A DNA stretch of 64,000 bases from Acidimicrobiia bacterium (lineage in GTDB: Bacteria; Actinomycetota; Acidimicrobiia; Spongiisociales; ZC4RG35), in the NCBI GenBank assembly GCA_965215185.1, contig OZ244034.1, positions 1,728,001 to 1,792,000 of the forward strand. The letters run 5' to 3'. Below the pieces are notes generated by a model that was given only the letters and a program-made list of their open reading frames with translations, did not search any database and was not told where the DNA came from. A program made the position numbers and the translations under genes. Below, piece by piece: positions 1 to 10,093 of this stretch (its first letter is position 1; each line of letters begins with the position of its first letter).

Positions 1-311
1 CCCTCCAGCACTCCCTCGAAATCGAAATGACCGGTGGCGGCCAGGGCGGGCGCCAAAAGCAACGACTCGTCAACCAACGCGGCCGGAAGAAGATGACGTC
101 CGGCCACGGCACATAGCTCAACTGCCTCGCCGATGCCCAGACCGAGGCCCCCCACCTCCTCGGAGGCCACCATCCCATTCCAATCCATCCCGATGATCTC
201 CGCCCGCACCTCGGCGGGAAGGGGACCATCCTCGCGGGCCCGGGCCAGCGCCTCGGAGAAAGGAAGCAACTCCTCCAGGGCCTGGTTGAACGCGGCAGCC
301 AGTTCGCTCAT
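1..311 (-). CDS. Acyl-CoA dehydrogenase family protein, N-terminal part (runs off the window); probable partner subunit of a heteromeric ACAD pair
   Basis: Manual translation MSELAAAFNQALEELLP...GMDWNGMVASEEVGGLGLGIGEAVELCAVAGRHLLPA resembles an ACAD N-terminal domain; ATGA overlap with the stop of the upstream ACAD. Confidence 0.7.
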   Translation of the reverse strand, partial: MSELAAAFNQALEELLPFSEALARAREDGPLPAEVRAEIIGMDWNGMVASEEVGGLGLGIGEAVELCAVAGRHLLPAALVDESLLLAPALAATGHFDFEGVLE

Positions 312-1420
312 CGCAGTCCCAGCAGCCGACCGGAGATCACATTCTTTTGGATCTCAGAGGTCCCCGAATAGATGCTCACCGCCCGGGACTCCAAGAGGTC
401 GTGTGTCCAGCCGTCGTCGGTGAGGGTTACCTCCGGTCCCAGTAACTCCACGGCGGTGGAGAACAGGTCCTGGTAGACCTCGGCCAGATAGAGCTTGTCC
501 ACCGAGGTGGCGCCGGGGACCAGTGTCCCGGCCTGCTGTTGGGCAAGAGTCCGATAAGCCTGGGCGGTGAGCATCTCCAAAGAGGCATGGACTCGGCCGA
601 TCCCCGCCAAGGCGGCCCGGTCCAGACCGCCCTGGTCCCGCACCCGCCCGGCCAGTTCCGCAAGTCTTCTCCGCAGCCGGATGGATCGCTCCAGTACAAA
701 TATTCCCCGTTCATATCCCATGGCCTTCATCGAAACCCGCCACCCCTGGTTGAGCCCGCCCAGCACATTGGCGACCGGAACCCGCACCTCATCGAAGAAC
801 ACTTCGCTGAAGTGCGGCTCTCCCAGCATTTGGGGAAGGGGGCGAATCGTGATCCCGGCGCTTTGCATGGGGGTGATCACCAGCGTCAGTCCCTGGTGCT
901 GGCCGGGTTCTCCATCGGTTCTCACCAAGAGGGCATTCCAGGTTGACAGCTCCGCTCGGGAGGTCCACACCTTCTGGCCGGTGATCACCAACTCTTCTCC
1001 GTCCACCACCGCCCTAGTGCGAACCCCGGCCAGATCCGAGCCGGCGTCGGGCTCGGAAAAGCCCTGGCACCAAAGCTGCGAGGCGTCCAGCATTCCCGGC
1101 AGCAACCGGCGAAGCTGTTCGGGCTCGCCCATGTCCATCAGGGTGGGTCCCCAGGTGTACAAGGCCAGTCGGTTGATGATTTCAGCGGCGCCGCTGCGGG
1201 CCAGTTCTTCGGCCAGCACCGCCTCGGCGGCCAGTGACATCCCTCTCCCCCCGTATTCGACCGGCCAGGAAAGTCCCATAAACCCTGCTTCACACAGGGC
1301 GGCCTGCCAACGCGTCAAGGCTGCGATGCGAGCCCCGTACTCCGATGGCGGTGGCCCCGGGTCGTGATCTGTGATCCACCTACGCAGTTCTGTGCGCAGT
1401 TGGCCCTCCGCCGAACCCAT
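308..1420 (-). CDS. Acyl-CoA dehydrogenase (actinobacterial FadE type)
   Basis: WCQGFSEPDAGSDLA, GQKVWTS, SIYSGTSEIQKNVI motifs; start trimmed to MGSAEG to avoid overlapping the upstream ATPase. Confidence 0.92.
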   Translation of the reverse strand: MGSAEGQLRTELRRWITDHDPGPPPSEYGARIAALTRWQAALCEAGFMGLSWPVEYGGRGMSLAAEAVLAEELARSGAAEIINRLALYTWGPTLMDMGEPEQLRRLLPGMLDASQLWCQGFSEPDAGSDLAGVRTRAVVDGEELVITGQKVWTSRAELSTWNALLVRTDGEPGQHQGLTLVITPMQSAGITIRPLPQMLGEPHFSEVFFDEVRVPVANVLGGLNQGWRVSMKAMGYERGIFVLERSIRLRRRLAELAGRVRDQGGLDRAALAGIGRVHASLEMLTAQAYRTLAQQQAGTLVPGATSVDKLYLAEVYQDLFSTAVELLGPEVTLTDDGWTHDLLESRAVSIYSGTSEIQKNVISGRLLGLR

Positions 1421-1455
1421 GGCGAGCGTCTCGGGAAAGGTCTGCAGAGCGATCC

Positions 1456-2451
1456 TCAGTCGTGAATAGCCCGGGAAGGCAACCCGTTGGCGGAGGAGTG
1501 CAACCAGCACATTACCCGGTGCCGGTCGGCCTTGGTGCTCTCGCCCGGGAACTCCTGGTGGCAGATCTCCATCACCTGCGGGCAGCGGGGGGCAAAAGAA
1601 CACCCCGGAGGCAAGTCGATGGGCAAAGGAGGCTGACCGCTCACAGTTAGCAGTCGCTTCTTGCGCGATTCCAGGCTGGGAAGGGTGGCCAAAAGCGCCT
1701 TGGCGTAGGGATGAGCCGGCTCGTTGAATATCTGGCGAGTGGTTCCCGTCTCCACGATCCGACCGGCGTACATAACCCCCACCCGATCACACAGGCGGGC
1801 CACAATGCCCAGGTCGTGGGTGACAAATATCAACCCGAACTGGAACTTGTGCTGCAACTCGGAGAGAAGCCGCAAGTATTGGGCCTGGACGGTGGCGTCC
1901 AGGGAAGTGGTGGGCTCATCGGCGATCAGCAGGGCGGGGCGACAGGACAGGGCGATAGCGCCGGCCACCCGCTGGCGCATCCCGCCCGACATCTGGTGGG
2001 GATACTGCTTCAGACGTCGATCCGCTTGGGGAATCCCCACCTGGGTGAGGATCTCGATGACGCTATCCCGAAGTTTGTTTCCCCGCAGACCCTGGTGGAT
2101 CCGGATAGCCTCTGCCACCTGGTTTCCCACCGTGTATCCCGGGTTCAGGGAACTGAGCGGGTCTTGAAGAATCAGCGAGATCTGGCCCCCTCTAACCTGC
2201 CTTATCTCCCTTTCGGAGAGATCCAGCAATTCTTGTCCATCCAGCTTCACGCTTCCCCCCACAATTCGCCCGGCCGGGGCCTCCACCAGCCGCATCAACG
2301 CCAAACAGCTCACGCTCTTTCCTGAACCCGACTCCCCTACCAGTCCCAAGGTCTCTCCCCGATCCAGGGAAAAGCTCACCCCGTCGACGGCTTTCACCAC
2401 CCCTCGGCGGGTGTGGAACTGAACGCGCAGGTCTTTTACTTCCAGCAGCAT
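1456..2451 (-). CDS. Oligopeptide/dipeptide ABC transporter ATP-binding protein (DppD/OppD)
   Basis: GESGSGKS, YPHQMSGGMRQR, IADEPTT, C-terminal GCSFAPRC. Confidence 0.95.
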   Translation of the reverse strand: MLLEVKDLRVQFHTRRGVVKAVDGVSFSLDRGETLGLVGESGSGKSVSCLALMRLVEAPAGRIVGGSVKLDGQELLDLSEREIRQVRGGQISLILQDPLSSLNPGYTVGNQVAEAIRIHQGLRGNKLRDSVIEILTQVGIPQADRRLKQYPHQMSGGMRQRVAGAIALSCRPALLIADEPTTSLDATVQAQYLRLLSELQHKFQFGLIFVTHDLGIVARLCDRVGVMYAGRIVETGTTRQIFNEPAHPYAKALLATLPSLESRKKRLLTVSGQPPLPIDLPPGCSFAPRCPQVMEICHQEFPGESTKADRHRVMCWLHSSANGLPSRAIHD

Positions 2452-2452
2452 G

Positions 2453-3352
2453 CTATATCTGCCGGAGTTTGGGATCGAAGCGATCCCTGGCCCAGTCCCC
2501 GAACAGGTTGGCGGCCAACACCACCGCGAAGATGGCTATGCCGGGGATAATCGAAACCCACCAAGCCCGGCCCAGCAGGTCTCGCCCGTCGGCCACCATC
2601 AGACCCCAGGCGGGCGTGGGGGGAGGAATGCCCACTCCCAAAAAGCTCAAAGAGGCCTCCAGCAGAATGATCAGCGCCACTTGCAGGGTCGCCAGCACCC
2701 CGATGCTGGGCATCACGTTGGGTAGGACATGTCTCCAAAGAATTCGCCGATTGGACACGCCCGCCACCCGCGCCAGGTCGATGTAATCCTGCTCGCTAAC
2801 CGCCAGGGCCTCGCCCCTGATTTGCCGGGCGTAATAGGGCCACAGCAGTATTACGATCACCATGAGCACATTGATGAGATTTGCGCCCAGCAAAGATACC
2901 AACACGATGGCCATCAGCATCAGAGGAAGCGCCAGCGTGACATCGGTGATCCTCATCAGGATCGTCTCGGTCCAACCCCGATAGAAACCGGCGATCAAAC
3001 CTACGGTGGCGCCCACCACCCCGGCCAATCCGGTGGCTACCAGCGCCACCATCAGCGAGACCCGGGCCCCGTAGAGAATGCGGGTGAAGATGTCGCGTCC
3101 CAGGGTGTCGGTGCCCAACAGAAATTCGCTCGAGCCCCCTTCCTGCCACACGGGAGGTATCAGCTTGTTGGATAGCTGGCCCACCTCCGGGTTGTGGGGA
3201 GCGATGAGCGGTGCAAAGATCGCCACCAACACCACCAAAGACAGCACCACCGTGGAAATGTAAGGGAACCGGATGGCGCCGGAAACGCCCCGCTTCTTCA
3301 CCTTGGGCTCTTTCTCCCCGGATGATCCGGAAACCGCTTCAGACCTGGTCAT
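2453..3352 (-). CDS. Peptide/nickel ABC transporter permease (DppC/OppC)
   Basis: LLGTDTLGRD, EAA-like loop YIDLARVAG, EASLSFLGVG. Confidence 0.95.
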   Translation of the reverse strand: MTRSEAVSGSSGEKEPKVKKRGVSGAIRFPYISTVVLSLVVLVAIFAPLIAPHNPEVGQLSNKLIPPVWQEGGSSEFLLGTDTLGRDIFTRILYGARVSLMVALVATGLAGVVGATVGLIAGFYRGWTETILMRITDVTLALPLMLMAIVLVSLLGANLINVLMVIVILLWPYYARQIRGEALAVSEQDYIDLARVAGVSNRRILWRHVLPNVMPSIGVLATLQVALIILLEASLSFLGVGIPPPTPAWGLMVADGRDLLGRAWWVSIIPGIAIFAVVLAANLFGDWARDRFDPKLRQI

Positions 3353-4272
3353 TGGTCGTACCTGATCTTGGGATTGACCCAGGCATAGGCCAGGTCAGCC
3401 AGGAAATTCGAGAACACGAAAGCCACCCCGAGGAGAATCACCGCTCCTTGGATAACGGGAAAGTCGCGTTGAATAACCGCGCGGATCAGAAGGCTTCCGA
3501 GACCCGGCCAGGCAAACACGTACTCCGTCACGATCGCTCCGCCGATCACCGCCGCAAAGATCACAGTGGAATAGGTGATCACCGGCAAAGCCGCGTTCTT
3601 GAAGGCATGCTTCCACACCACCACCGTCTCCCTGACCCCCTTTATGCGAGCCAGCTTCACGTATTCACCACTCAGGGCTTCCAGCATGGAGGAGCGGGTG
3701 AGTCGCATAATGCCCGCTGACACGAACCATCCCAGCGTAACCGTGGGCAAGACAATGGAAAGTGCCTCCTCCCGGCCGCCGGTGGGAAATATCTGCCATT
3801 GCACCGCGAACAGTCGCAACATCACCAGCCCAACCAGGAACGAGGGCGCCGCCCCTCCCAAGATAGAGAAAATCCGAGCCACATAGTCCCCGGCCCTTCC
3901 TCGAAATTTGGCCGCGTATACCCCCAAGGGCAGGGCGATCGTCAACGCCACCAACATGGAGAAGACCGACAATTCAAGGCTGGCCGGGATGCGAAGTCTC
4001 AGCAGTTCCCCGACGGTCCGTCCTCGGAAATACAGCGAAGTGCCGAAGTCTCCTTTCGCCACTCCCCCTATGAAAAGCCCGTATTGGACCACGAGCGGCT
4101 TATCCAACCCATAAGCCCGGCGCAGGTCGTTGGCGACTTTCTCGGTTACCTGGGGCGGAATCATGCGCTCCACCGGATCGCCGGTCAGGCGAACCAGGAA
4201 AAAGACCACCGTGACCAGGACGAAAATGGAGATGACGGCCTGTGCCAGTCTTCCCAATATGAAGCGTCTCAT
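3349..4272 (-). CDS. Peptide/nickel ABC transporter permease (DppB/OppB)
   Basis: YGLDKPLVVQY, RSSMLE..YVKLARIKG, FAWPGLG, RDFPVIQG; start MRRFILG chosen. Confidence 0.95.
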   Translation of the reverse strand: MRRFILGRLAQAVISIFVLVTVVFFLVRLTGDPVERMIPPQVTEKVANDLRRAYGLDKPLVVQYGLFIGGVAKGDFGTSLYFRGRTVGELLRLRIPASLELSVFSMLVALTIALPLGVYAAKFRGRAGDYVARIFSILGGAAPSFLVGLVMLRLFAVQWQIFPTGGREEALSIVLPTVTLGWFVSAGIMRLTRSSMLEALSGEYVKLARIKGVRETVVVWKHAFKNAALPVITYSTVIFAAVIGGAIVTEYVFAWPGLGSLLIRAVIQRDFPVIQGAVILLGVAFVFSNFLADLAYAWVNPKIRYDQ

Positions 4273-4369
4273 CCCTGCATCAATTCCCGGTGTTCGGTGT
4301 TTACCCAAAGGTCTATCGCCTCAAGACTAGAACAACGATCAGGGCGAGTCGGCGAAGCCACTAAACGCT

Positions 4370-5275
4370 TCAAAAGATGCACAGGGGATTAACCGCCGAT
4401 CCCGTTGCTCCCTGAAGGCGCAGCGGCGCCATCATCAGCACGAATTCGGCTCGTCCTTCCTCGGAGCAGGCCGATCGAAGTGTTTCGGTATCAGGCCAGT
4501 CCAAAAGGGCCAGACCCATCCCGGCCAGACCCAGAGAGTGCAGGGGAAGCGGAAGGCCCGGGTAGGGAGAAGGCAGCTTCTCTATGCAATCGCCTCCGTA
4601 CACGGCGACCTGCCTTCTATGGAGCCACCGGACGGCCTCCATATCCAAACCGGCCCGGTGCCCGGGATCGGGAGGATTGTCCTGCGCCTCATGGACCATC
4701 CTGCCTGAACGGACCACCACCGCGTCGCCTTTTCCCGCCGTCACCCCCCCGTATTGCTCGGCGGCCTCCAACTCTCCGGGGCCGATCATCGCCGTTGGAT
4801 CGAGGTAATCCACTCCCATCGCCGACGCCACATCCAACAGGACCCCTCGGGTTACCACCCCCTCCGCCATCGCCTCTATCGCCCCGAACCTCATCCCGAA
4901 ACGATCCACCTGCTCAGCCGCCCGGCGTCCGTTGTACATCTCTCCTTCGAAATAGACATGACCCACTGCATCCAGGTGGGTGACAGAGAATCCGTGCGGG
5001 GCGATCCCCATAAAATCCATGGCCGACTCGGCATGATGTCCGGCATATAGAAGTTGGTGAACCACCGGCCGGGGATTGGAAGGTCCCGCCACGGTGTCCA
5101 AATCCCGGCCTATCGAGACCACTCGACCGGAGCGCACCAGCCCCAGAGCCTCTTTCACCTTGGCCGGGTTTATGTAGTTGAGAGTCCCCCGCTGGTCGTC
5201 GTCTCCCCAGCGGCCTTGATTGGAGAGCTGGCGAAAGATCTCCCGATAGTTCAACTTCGGGATCTCCTCTCCCAC
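4370..5275 (-). CDS. Cyclase family metallohydrolase (kynurenine formamidase-like)
   Basis: NQGRWGDDDQRGTLN, HGFSVTHLDAVGH, C-terminal GATGSAVNP. Confidence 0.9.
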   Translation of the reverse strand: MGEEIPKLNYREIFRQLSNQGRWGDDDQRGTLNYINPAKVKEALGLVRSGRVVSIGRDLDTVAGPSNPRPVVHQLLYAGHHAESAMDFMGIAPHGFSVTHLDAVGHVYFEGEMYNGRRAAEQVDRFGMRFGAIEAMAEGVVTRGVLLDVASAMGVDYLDPTAMIGPGELEAAEQYGGVTAGKGDAVVVRSGRMVHEAQDNPPDPGHRAGLDMEAVRWLHRRQVAVYGGDCIEKLPSPYPGLPLPLHSLGLAGMGLALLDWPDTETLRSACSEEGRAEFVLMMAPLRLQGATGSAVNPLCIF

Positions 5276-6231
5276 GAAAGCCGGGGGCGTACCTCCCGCA
5301 CGAACAGGTCCAACTGCTCCAAGATGTGCTCGGTTTCCGGCCCGGGCGGAGTGGCCAATTGCAGGTGGGTCACCCCGGCCTCGGCGTATCTCTCTATCGA
5401 GTCAACGATCCGCTCCACCGAACCCCGGCACGGATGGTCGGGATCGTTGCGTTCGGTCACTTCCAGGTTGACGCGGTTTGAATAGACGAAACCTTCCGGG
5501 TCCCTGCCCCGCTTTTGGAGTCTCTCGATGATGTCCTCCCGGATTCTGGGCATCCCCTCAAGTGATACGAACGCTCCATGCCAGCCGGATCCCACCCGGG
5601 CGGCCCTCCGTCGGGCCGGAGCGCTGTTACCCCCCACCCAGATAGGAATGGTTCTTTGCACAGGTTTGGGATAGAAGCAAATGTCGGGAGGGAGGCTGTA
5701 GAAGCGTCCCTCGAAACCGGGATGGTCTTCCTTCCACAGGGCGGCCATCACATCCAGGTACTCGTCGGTTACCGCGCCCCGGTCTTCCCAGGAAGCGTTC
5801 ACCGCCGCGTATTCCTCGGGAATCCATCCCACCCCCACCCCCAGGATGAGCCGTCCCTCACACAGCACATCCAGGGTGGAAAGCATCTTGGCCGCCACCA
5901 CCGGGTGCCGCAGCGGGACAACCAGGGTGCCCAACGCCAATCGGATCCGTTTGGTCAAGGCGGCCAGATATCCCAGCAGGGTGAGCGGTTCGTAGACCGG
6001 GTCGGTGGCCTCCATATCCCCGATTCCCACCTCGCTCCAGGGTCGGGGGCCGGTGAAGGTCTTGCCTTTGGCGCGGTACGGGTGCGGAGAGGTGATGTTT
6101 CGGGCCAGCACGATGTGGTCCCCGATCCAAACATCGTCCAACTCCGCCTCTTCGGCAGCTATTGCTACCCGGCGGAATGTGTCGGTGTGGGCTGCTCCCC
6201 GGAAGTTGGGGATGCTGATTCCAAACTCCAT
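5251..6231 (-). CDS. LLM-class, probably F420-dependent oxidoreductase
   Basis: VWIGDHIV, EPLTLLGYLAA, LGVGVGW..EEY, PKPVQ..IPIWVGG. Confidence 0.9.
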   Translation of the reverse strand: MEFGISIPNFRGAAHTDTFRRVAIAAEEAELDDVWIGDHIVLARNITSPHPYRAKGKTFTGPRPWSEVGIGDMEATDPVYEPLTLLGYLAALTKRIRLALGTLVVPLRHPVVAAKMLSTLDVLCEGRLILGVGVGWIPEEYAAVNASWEDRGAVTDEYLDVMAALWKEDHPGFEGRFYSLPPDICFYPKPVQRTIPIWVGGNSAPARRRAARVGSGWHGAFVSLEGMPRIREDIIERLQKRGRDPEGFVYSNRVNLEVTERNDPDHPCRGSVERIVDSIERYAEAGVTHLQLATPPGPETEHILEQLDLFVREVRPRLSWERRSRS

Positions 6232-6238
6232 AGCTCCG

Positions 6239-7264
6239 TTAGCTCCCGACGGAAACCTGTTGCCATGACCGGGTGCCCGCACCGGGATAGAGATGACAGG
6301 AGACCCCACGGCCCGGCGTCAACTCGCCGTGTTCGGGGAACACATCGGCGCATTTTTGCATGACATAGGGACAGCGCGGGTGGAAGGTGCACCCACTCGG
6401 CGGGTCGATCGGGCTGGGGACCTCTCCCTCCAGAATGATCTCCTGGCTCTGTATGTCGGGATGAGCGGGAGGAACGGCCGACAGCAGCGCCTCGGTATAG
6501 GGATGGGCGGGGGTGGTGAACAACGACTCTGCACCGGCCAACTCGATCACCCGGCCCAGGTACATCACCATCACCCGGTCGGAGAGGTGAGCCACCCCGC
6601 TCAGGTCGTGGGAGATGAGCAGATAGGCCAGGCCCAATTGTTCCTGCAGGTCGGCCAGAAGGTTCATCACCTGAGCGCGAATCGAGACGTCCAGGGCGGA
6701 CACCGGCTCGTCAAGGATCACCACTTTGGGGCTGGGGGCCAAGGCGCGGGCGATGGCGATCCGCTGTCGTTGGCCGCCACTGAATTCATGGGGGTAGAGA
6801 CTGGAGTGGGCGCGATAATCGAGCCCCACCTGGTTCATCACCTCCCCTACCCGGTCAGTGGTCTCCTCCTGGCTTAGCCGACCGACCGACCGGACGGGCT
6901 CGGCGATGATATCTCGGATCCTCATCCGAGGAGAAAGGGACGAAAACGGGTCCTGAAAGACCACCTGCACATTGCGGCGGTACTCCACCAGTCCATCTTT
7001 CTGATGGATTCTCACCGGGTCGCCCATGAACAAGATCTGTCCCTCGGTGGGCATCTCCAGCAGCAGCAACAAGCGGGCCAGGGTGGTCTTCCCACAACCC
7101 GACTCTCCGACCACTCCCAATGTCTCCCCGGGCCACAGTTGCAGGTCTATCCCGTTCACCGCCTTCACCACCCCCTCGCTTCCAAACCCCAGAGCGCCGG
7201 TCATCGCGAAGTGCTTGTGCAGGCCCTTAGCCTCTAGCAGCGGCTGGGAATTGTCGGTCATCAT
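6239..7264 (-). CDS. Oligopeptide/dipeptide ABC transporter ATP-binding protein (DppF/OppF)
   Basis: GESGCGKT, YPHEFSGGQRQR, DEPVSALDVSI, GCTFHPRC. Confidence 0.95.
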   Translation of the reverse strand: MMTDNSQPLLEAKGLHKHFAMTGALGFGSEGVVKAVNGIDLQLWPGETLGVVGESGCGKTTLARLLLLLEMPTEGQILFMGDPVRIHQKDGLVEYRRNVQVVFQDPFSSLSPRMRIRDIIAEPVRSVGRLSQEETTDRVGEVMNQVGLDYRAHSSLYPHEFSGGQRQRIAIARALAPSPKVVILDEPVSALDVSIRAQVMNLLADLQEQLGLAYLLISHDLSGVAHLSDRVMVMYLGRVIELAGAESLFTTPAHPYTEALLSAVPPAHPDIQSQEIILEGEVPSPIDPPSGCTFHPRCPYVMQKCADVFPEHGELTPGRGVSCHLYPGAGTRSWQQVSVGS

Positions 7265-8889
7265 CTCCCTGCAAACGGGGGGGCAAATCGGTGATCTCCC
7301 AGCATCTCTCGCAGATGGCGCTTGAGCACCTTCCCTTGAGCATCCACTGGCAAGTCAGGGACGAACTCTACTCGCTTGGGGGTCTTGAAGCCGGCCAACC
7401 GCTGACGGCAATAGTCGATCAGATCCGCCTCTGTGACGCCGGCGCTTTCCTCAAGCACCACCGCCGCGGTCACCGCCTCGGTCCACTCCGGATGGGCAAT
7501 GCCCACTACCGACACCTCCGCCACGGCAGGGTGACCCCGGATCGTCTCCTCCACCTCGGCGGAGGAGACATTCATACCTCCCGTTTTGATCATGTCCTTC
7601 AGACGGTCGTAAAAAAAGAGATTCCCGGAAGCATCACGGCGGACCAGATCGCCGGTGTGCAGCCACCCGTCGCGGAGCACCGCGGCGGTGGACTCCGGGT
7701 TCCGGTAATAGCCCACCATCACTCCCGGCGAGCGGCACAGCATCTCACCCACTTCGCAATCCACGCCATCGGGTCCCACCACCCGCACTTCCACGTGGGG
7801 CGCCGGTTTTCCGATCCAGCGTGGGTCCTGTTCGGGGACTTCGCCGAGACCCCGAAAGAACCCGATCACTCCCAGTTGGCTCAGCTCCGACTGCCCCCAG
7901 TAGGTGGCCCAGATCACCTGGGGGGCGCGGCTTTGCAAATCGGACACCACCTGAAAGGGAATAGGGCCTCCATAGACATGGGCTTGGCGCAATGAAGAGA
8001 GATCCCGGACGGAGAAGTCGCGGTGTCTGACCATGCGCCAATAGAAGGTGGGAGTCTGAGAGGTATTGGTCACTGCCTCGACTTCGATGGCCTCCAAGAC
8101 CGCCCCCGGCCGGGTGTGAGGAATCATGACCAGGGTCGCTCCTATCGAGATCAGGTTGGTGACGGTCCCCGTACCGGCCATGGTGTAGACGGGAGCCAAC
8201 AGCAAGAACACATCCGAGGCTTTCACGTATCCCTCATACGACCAGGAAGGGGTGGTGGAGATCATCATCGCCCGGTGGGTGACCATGACCCCCTTGGGGG
8301 CGCTCTCGGTGCCGCTGGTGTACATCACCATCGCCACATCGGACTCCTCCACCAATGTTTGGGGCATCAGCCCGGGCGTGTTTTTCAGCATTTCCATCAT
8401 GCTGATCTCGTTCGGCGCGGTTTTTTCTTCCATGACCACCAATCGGGGGGCAAACTCGGCAAGACGTACTCCTTCCCGAGCGCGATCGGCCATTCCGGGT
8501 CCTACTATCAGGACCCGGGGTGTGGCGTGGTCGACTTGGCGGGCCACCTCCGACGGGGTGTAGGAAGGACTGAGAGGAGTGAACACCGCGCTCTGTTTGA
8601 GGATTCCGTAGTAGATGCCCACATATTCGGGGGTGTTGCGACTCATCACCGCCACTCGGTCCCCTCTTTTCACTCCCAGGCGGGCCAGACCGTGGGCCAC
8701 CCGGTTGGAAAGCACCTCCAGTTCCCCATAGGTGACAACTCTTCGGCTACCGTCGCCCGAACGGGCGATCACCGCCGGTTTGTCGGCCTGGCGGGCGGCC
8801 TGGCGACGGAGCACATCCCCCAGCGCAGCCCGTCGCAGCAGATTCTCCGTTAGAGCACGTGTGTTTGCCACCGGGTTGGTTGAGGTCAT
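7261..8889 (-). CDS. AMP-dependent acyl-CoA synthetase
   Basis: MYTSGTESAPKG, YWGQSE, WLHTGD, KTGGMNV; start trimmed to MTSTNP. Confidence 0.92.
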   Translation of the reverse strand: MTSTNPVANTRALTENLLRRAALGDVLRRQAARQADKPAVIARSGDGSRRVVTYGELEVLSNRVAHGLARLGVKRGDRVAVMSRNTPEYVGIYYGILKQSAVFTPLSPSYTPSEVARQVDHATPRVLIVGPGMADRAREGVRLAEFAPRLVVMEEKTAPNEISMMEMLKNTPGLMPQTLVEESDVAMVMYTSGTESAPKGVMVTHRAMMISTTPSWSYEGYVKASDVFLLLAPVYTMAGTGTVTNLISIGATLVMIPHTRPGAVLEAIEVEAVTNTSQTPTFYWRMVRHRDFSVRDLSSLRQAHVYGGPIPFQVVSDLQSRAPQVIWATYWGQSELSQLGVIGFFRGLGEVPEQDPRWIGKPAPHVEVRVVGPDGVDCEVGEMLCRSPGVMVGYYRNPESTAAVLRDGWLHTGDLVRRDASGNLFFYDRLKDMIKTGGMNVSSAEVEETIRGHPAVAEVSVVGIAHPEWTEAVTAAVVLEESAGVTEADLIDYCRQRLAGFKTPKRVEFVPDLPVDAQGKVLKRHLREMLGDHRFAPPFAGR

Positions 8890-8911
8890 GGCCGGACCTG
8901 GTCTACCTGGT

Positions 8912-10087
8912 CTATTTCGATTCCAAAATGGCGCCCAGCGCGCGAAGAAAACGCGCCCCCGTGGCCCCGTCCACCACCCGGTGATCGAAGGCTCCGGACA
9001 CATGGCAGGTGGGCTCGGCCACCACCCGGCCATCCACCACCCGAGGCCGGTCGGCCACCGTGCCGAAATAGATGGTGGCAGCCGTGTTCAGGCTGATGAT
9101 CGGGGTGCCGAAGTCAACCCCACTCGGACCCAGATTGGAAGTGGTGATGGTGGCCCCTCCGATGTCGGAGAAAGTGAGCTTTCGGCGCCGGGCGGCCTGG
9201 GCGAGACGCCGTATCTCCTCGGACAGTTCCTCCAGTCCCAACGCCTGTGCGCCTTGCACCACCGGAGCGGCCAGTCCATGTTCGGTGTCCACTCCCACCG
9301 CCACGTTTACCTCGTCGTAGATGACCACCGACTTTCCCTGCGCAGATGCATTTACTTCCGGAACCTCGCAGCAGGCTCCCACCACCGCCGCCACCATCAA
9401 ATCATTGAGTGAAACCTGTCCCCCCGCCGCCTGATGTGCTTTGCGTTGAGCAATGAGCGCAGCCGCCGACACCAACAGGGTCTGCGAAAAGTGGGGAATC
9501 TCCGTCCAGTTGCGAGCCATGGCCGCCGCCATCGCCCGCGGGTACCCACGCAAGGGCCGTTTCTCCCGCACTGCGGGACCGGACGGCGATTTCTCGGCCG
9601 CGGCGGCTTCCACATCGTCGGGGGTGATGATCCCCACCCGACCGGTCCCCTCCACCGACGCCAAGTCCACTCCCAGACTTTTGGCCAGGGCCCGGGCCTT
9701 GGGCATGGCCCGGATACGCTTGCTTTCGGGGTCCTGCCTCTTCTCCGGTATCGGCGCAACCGCCGCGGGGGGCGGCGGCGCTGCGGGCGGACCGGTCGGG
9801 CCCGACTCTCGGCCGATAATCTGGGTGACCTGCGACGGTGTGGGGTTTTCTCCCACCTCGGCCAGAACCGCCACCACCTCGCCCACCCTCACTTCGGCAG
9901 CCGCAGGCGCCACGATTCTCACCAGCACGCCGGGGGTCATCGACTCCACCACGATGACGCTTTTTTCGTTCTCCACCTCGTAGAGGGCATCCCCAACCGC
10001 CACCTCGTCTCCCTCGGCCTTGTGCCAGGCGACAATGGCACCCATCTCCATGGTTTCTCCCAAAGCGGGAAGTCTCAATACTTGCAT
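8912..10087 (-). CDS. 2-oxoacid/acetoin dehydrogenase E2, dihydrolipoamide acyltransferase
   Basis: Lipoyl domain (VENEKS), E3-binding domain (GTGRVGIIT), catalytic FDHRVVDG. Confidence 0.93.
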   Translation of the reverse strand: MQVLRLPALGETMEMGAIVAWHKAEGDEVAVGDALYEVENEKSVIVVESMTPGVLVRIVAPAAAEVRVGEVVAVLAEVGENPTPSQVTQIIGRESGPTGPPAAPPPPAAVAPIPEKRQDPESKRIRAMPKARALAKSLGVDLASVEGTGRVGIITPDDVEAAAAEKSPSGPAVREKRPLRGYPRAMAAAMARNWTEIPHFSQTLLVSAAALIAQRKAHQAAGGQVSLNDLMVAAVVGACCEVPEVNASAQGKSVVIYDEVNVAVGVDTEHGLAAPVVQGAQALGLEELSEEIRRLAQAARRRKLTFSDIGGATITTSNLGPSGVDFGTPIISLNTAATIYFGTVADRPRVVDGRVVAEPTCHVSGAFDHRVVDGATGARFLRALGAILESK

Positions 10088-10093
10088 TTGCGT

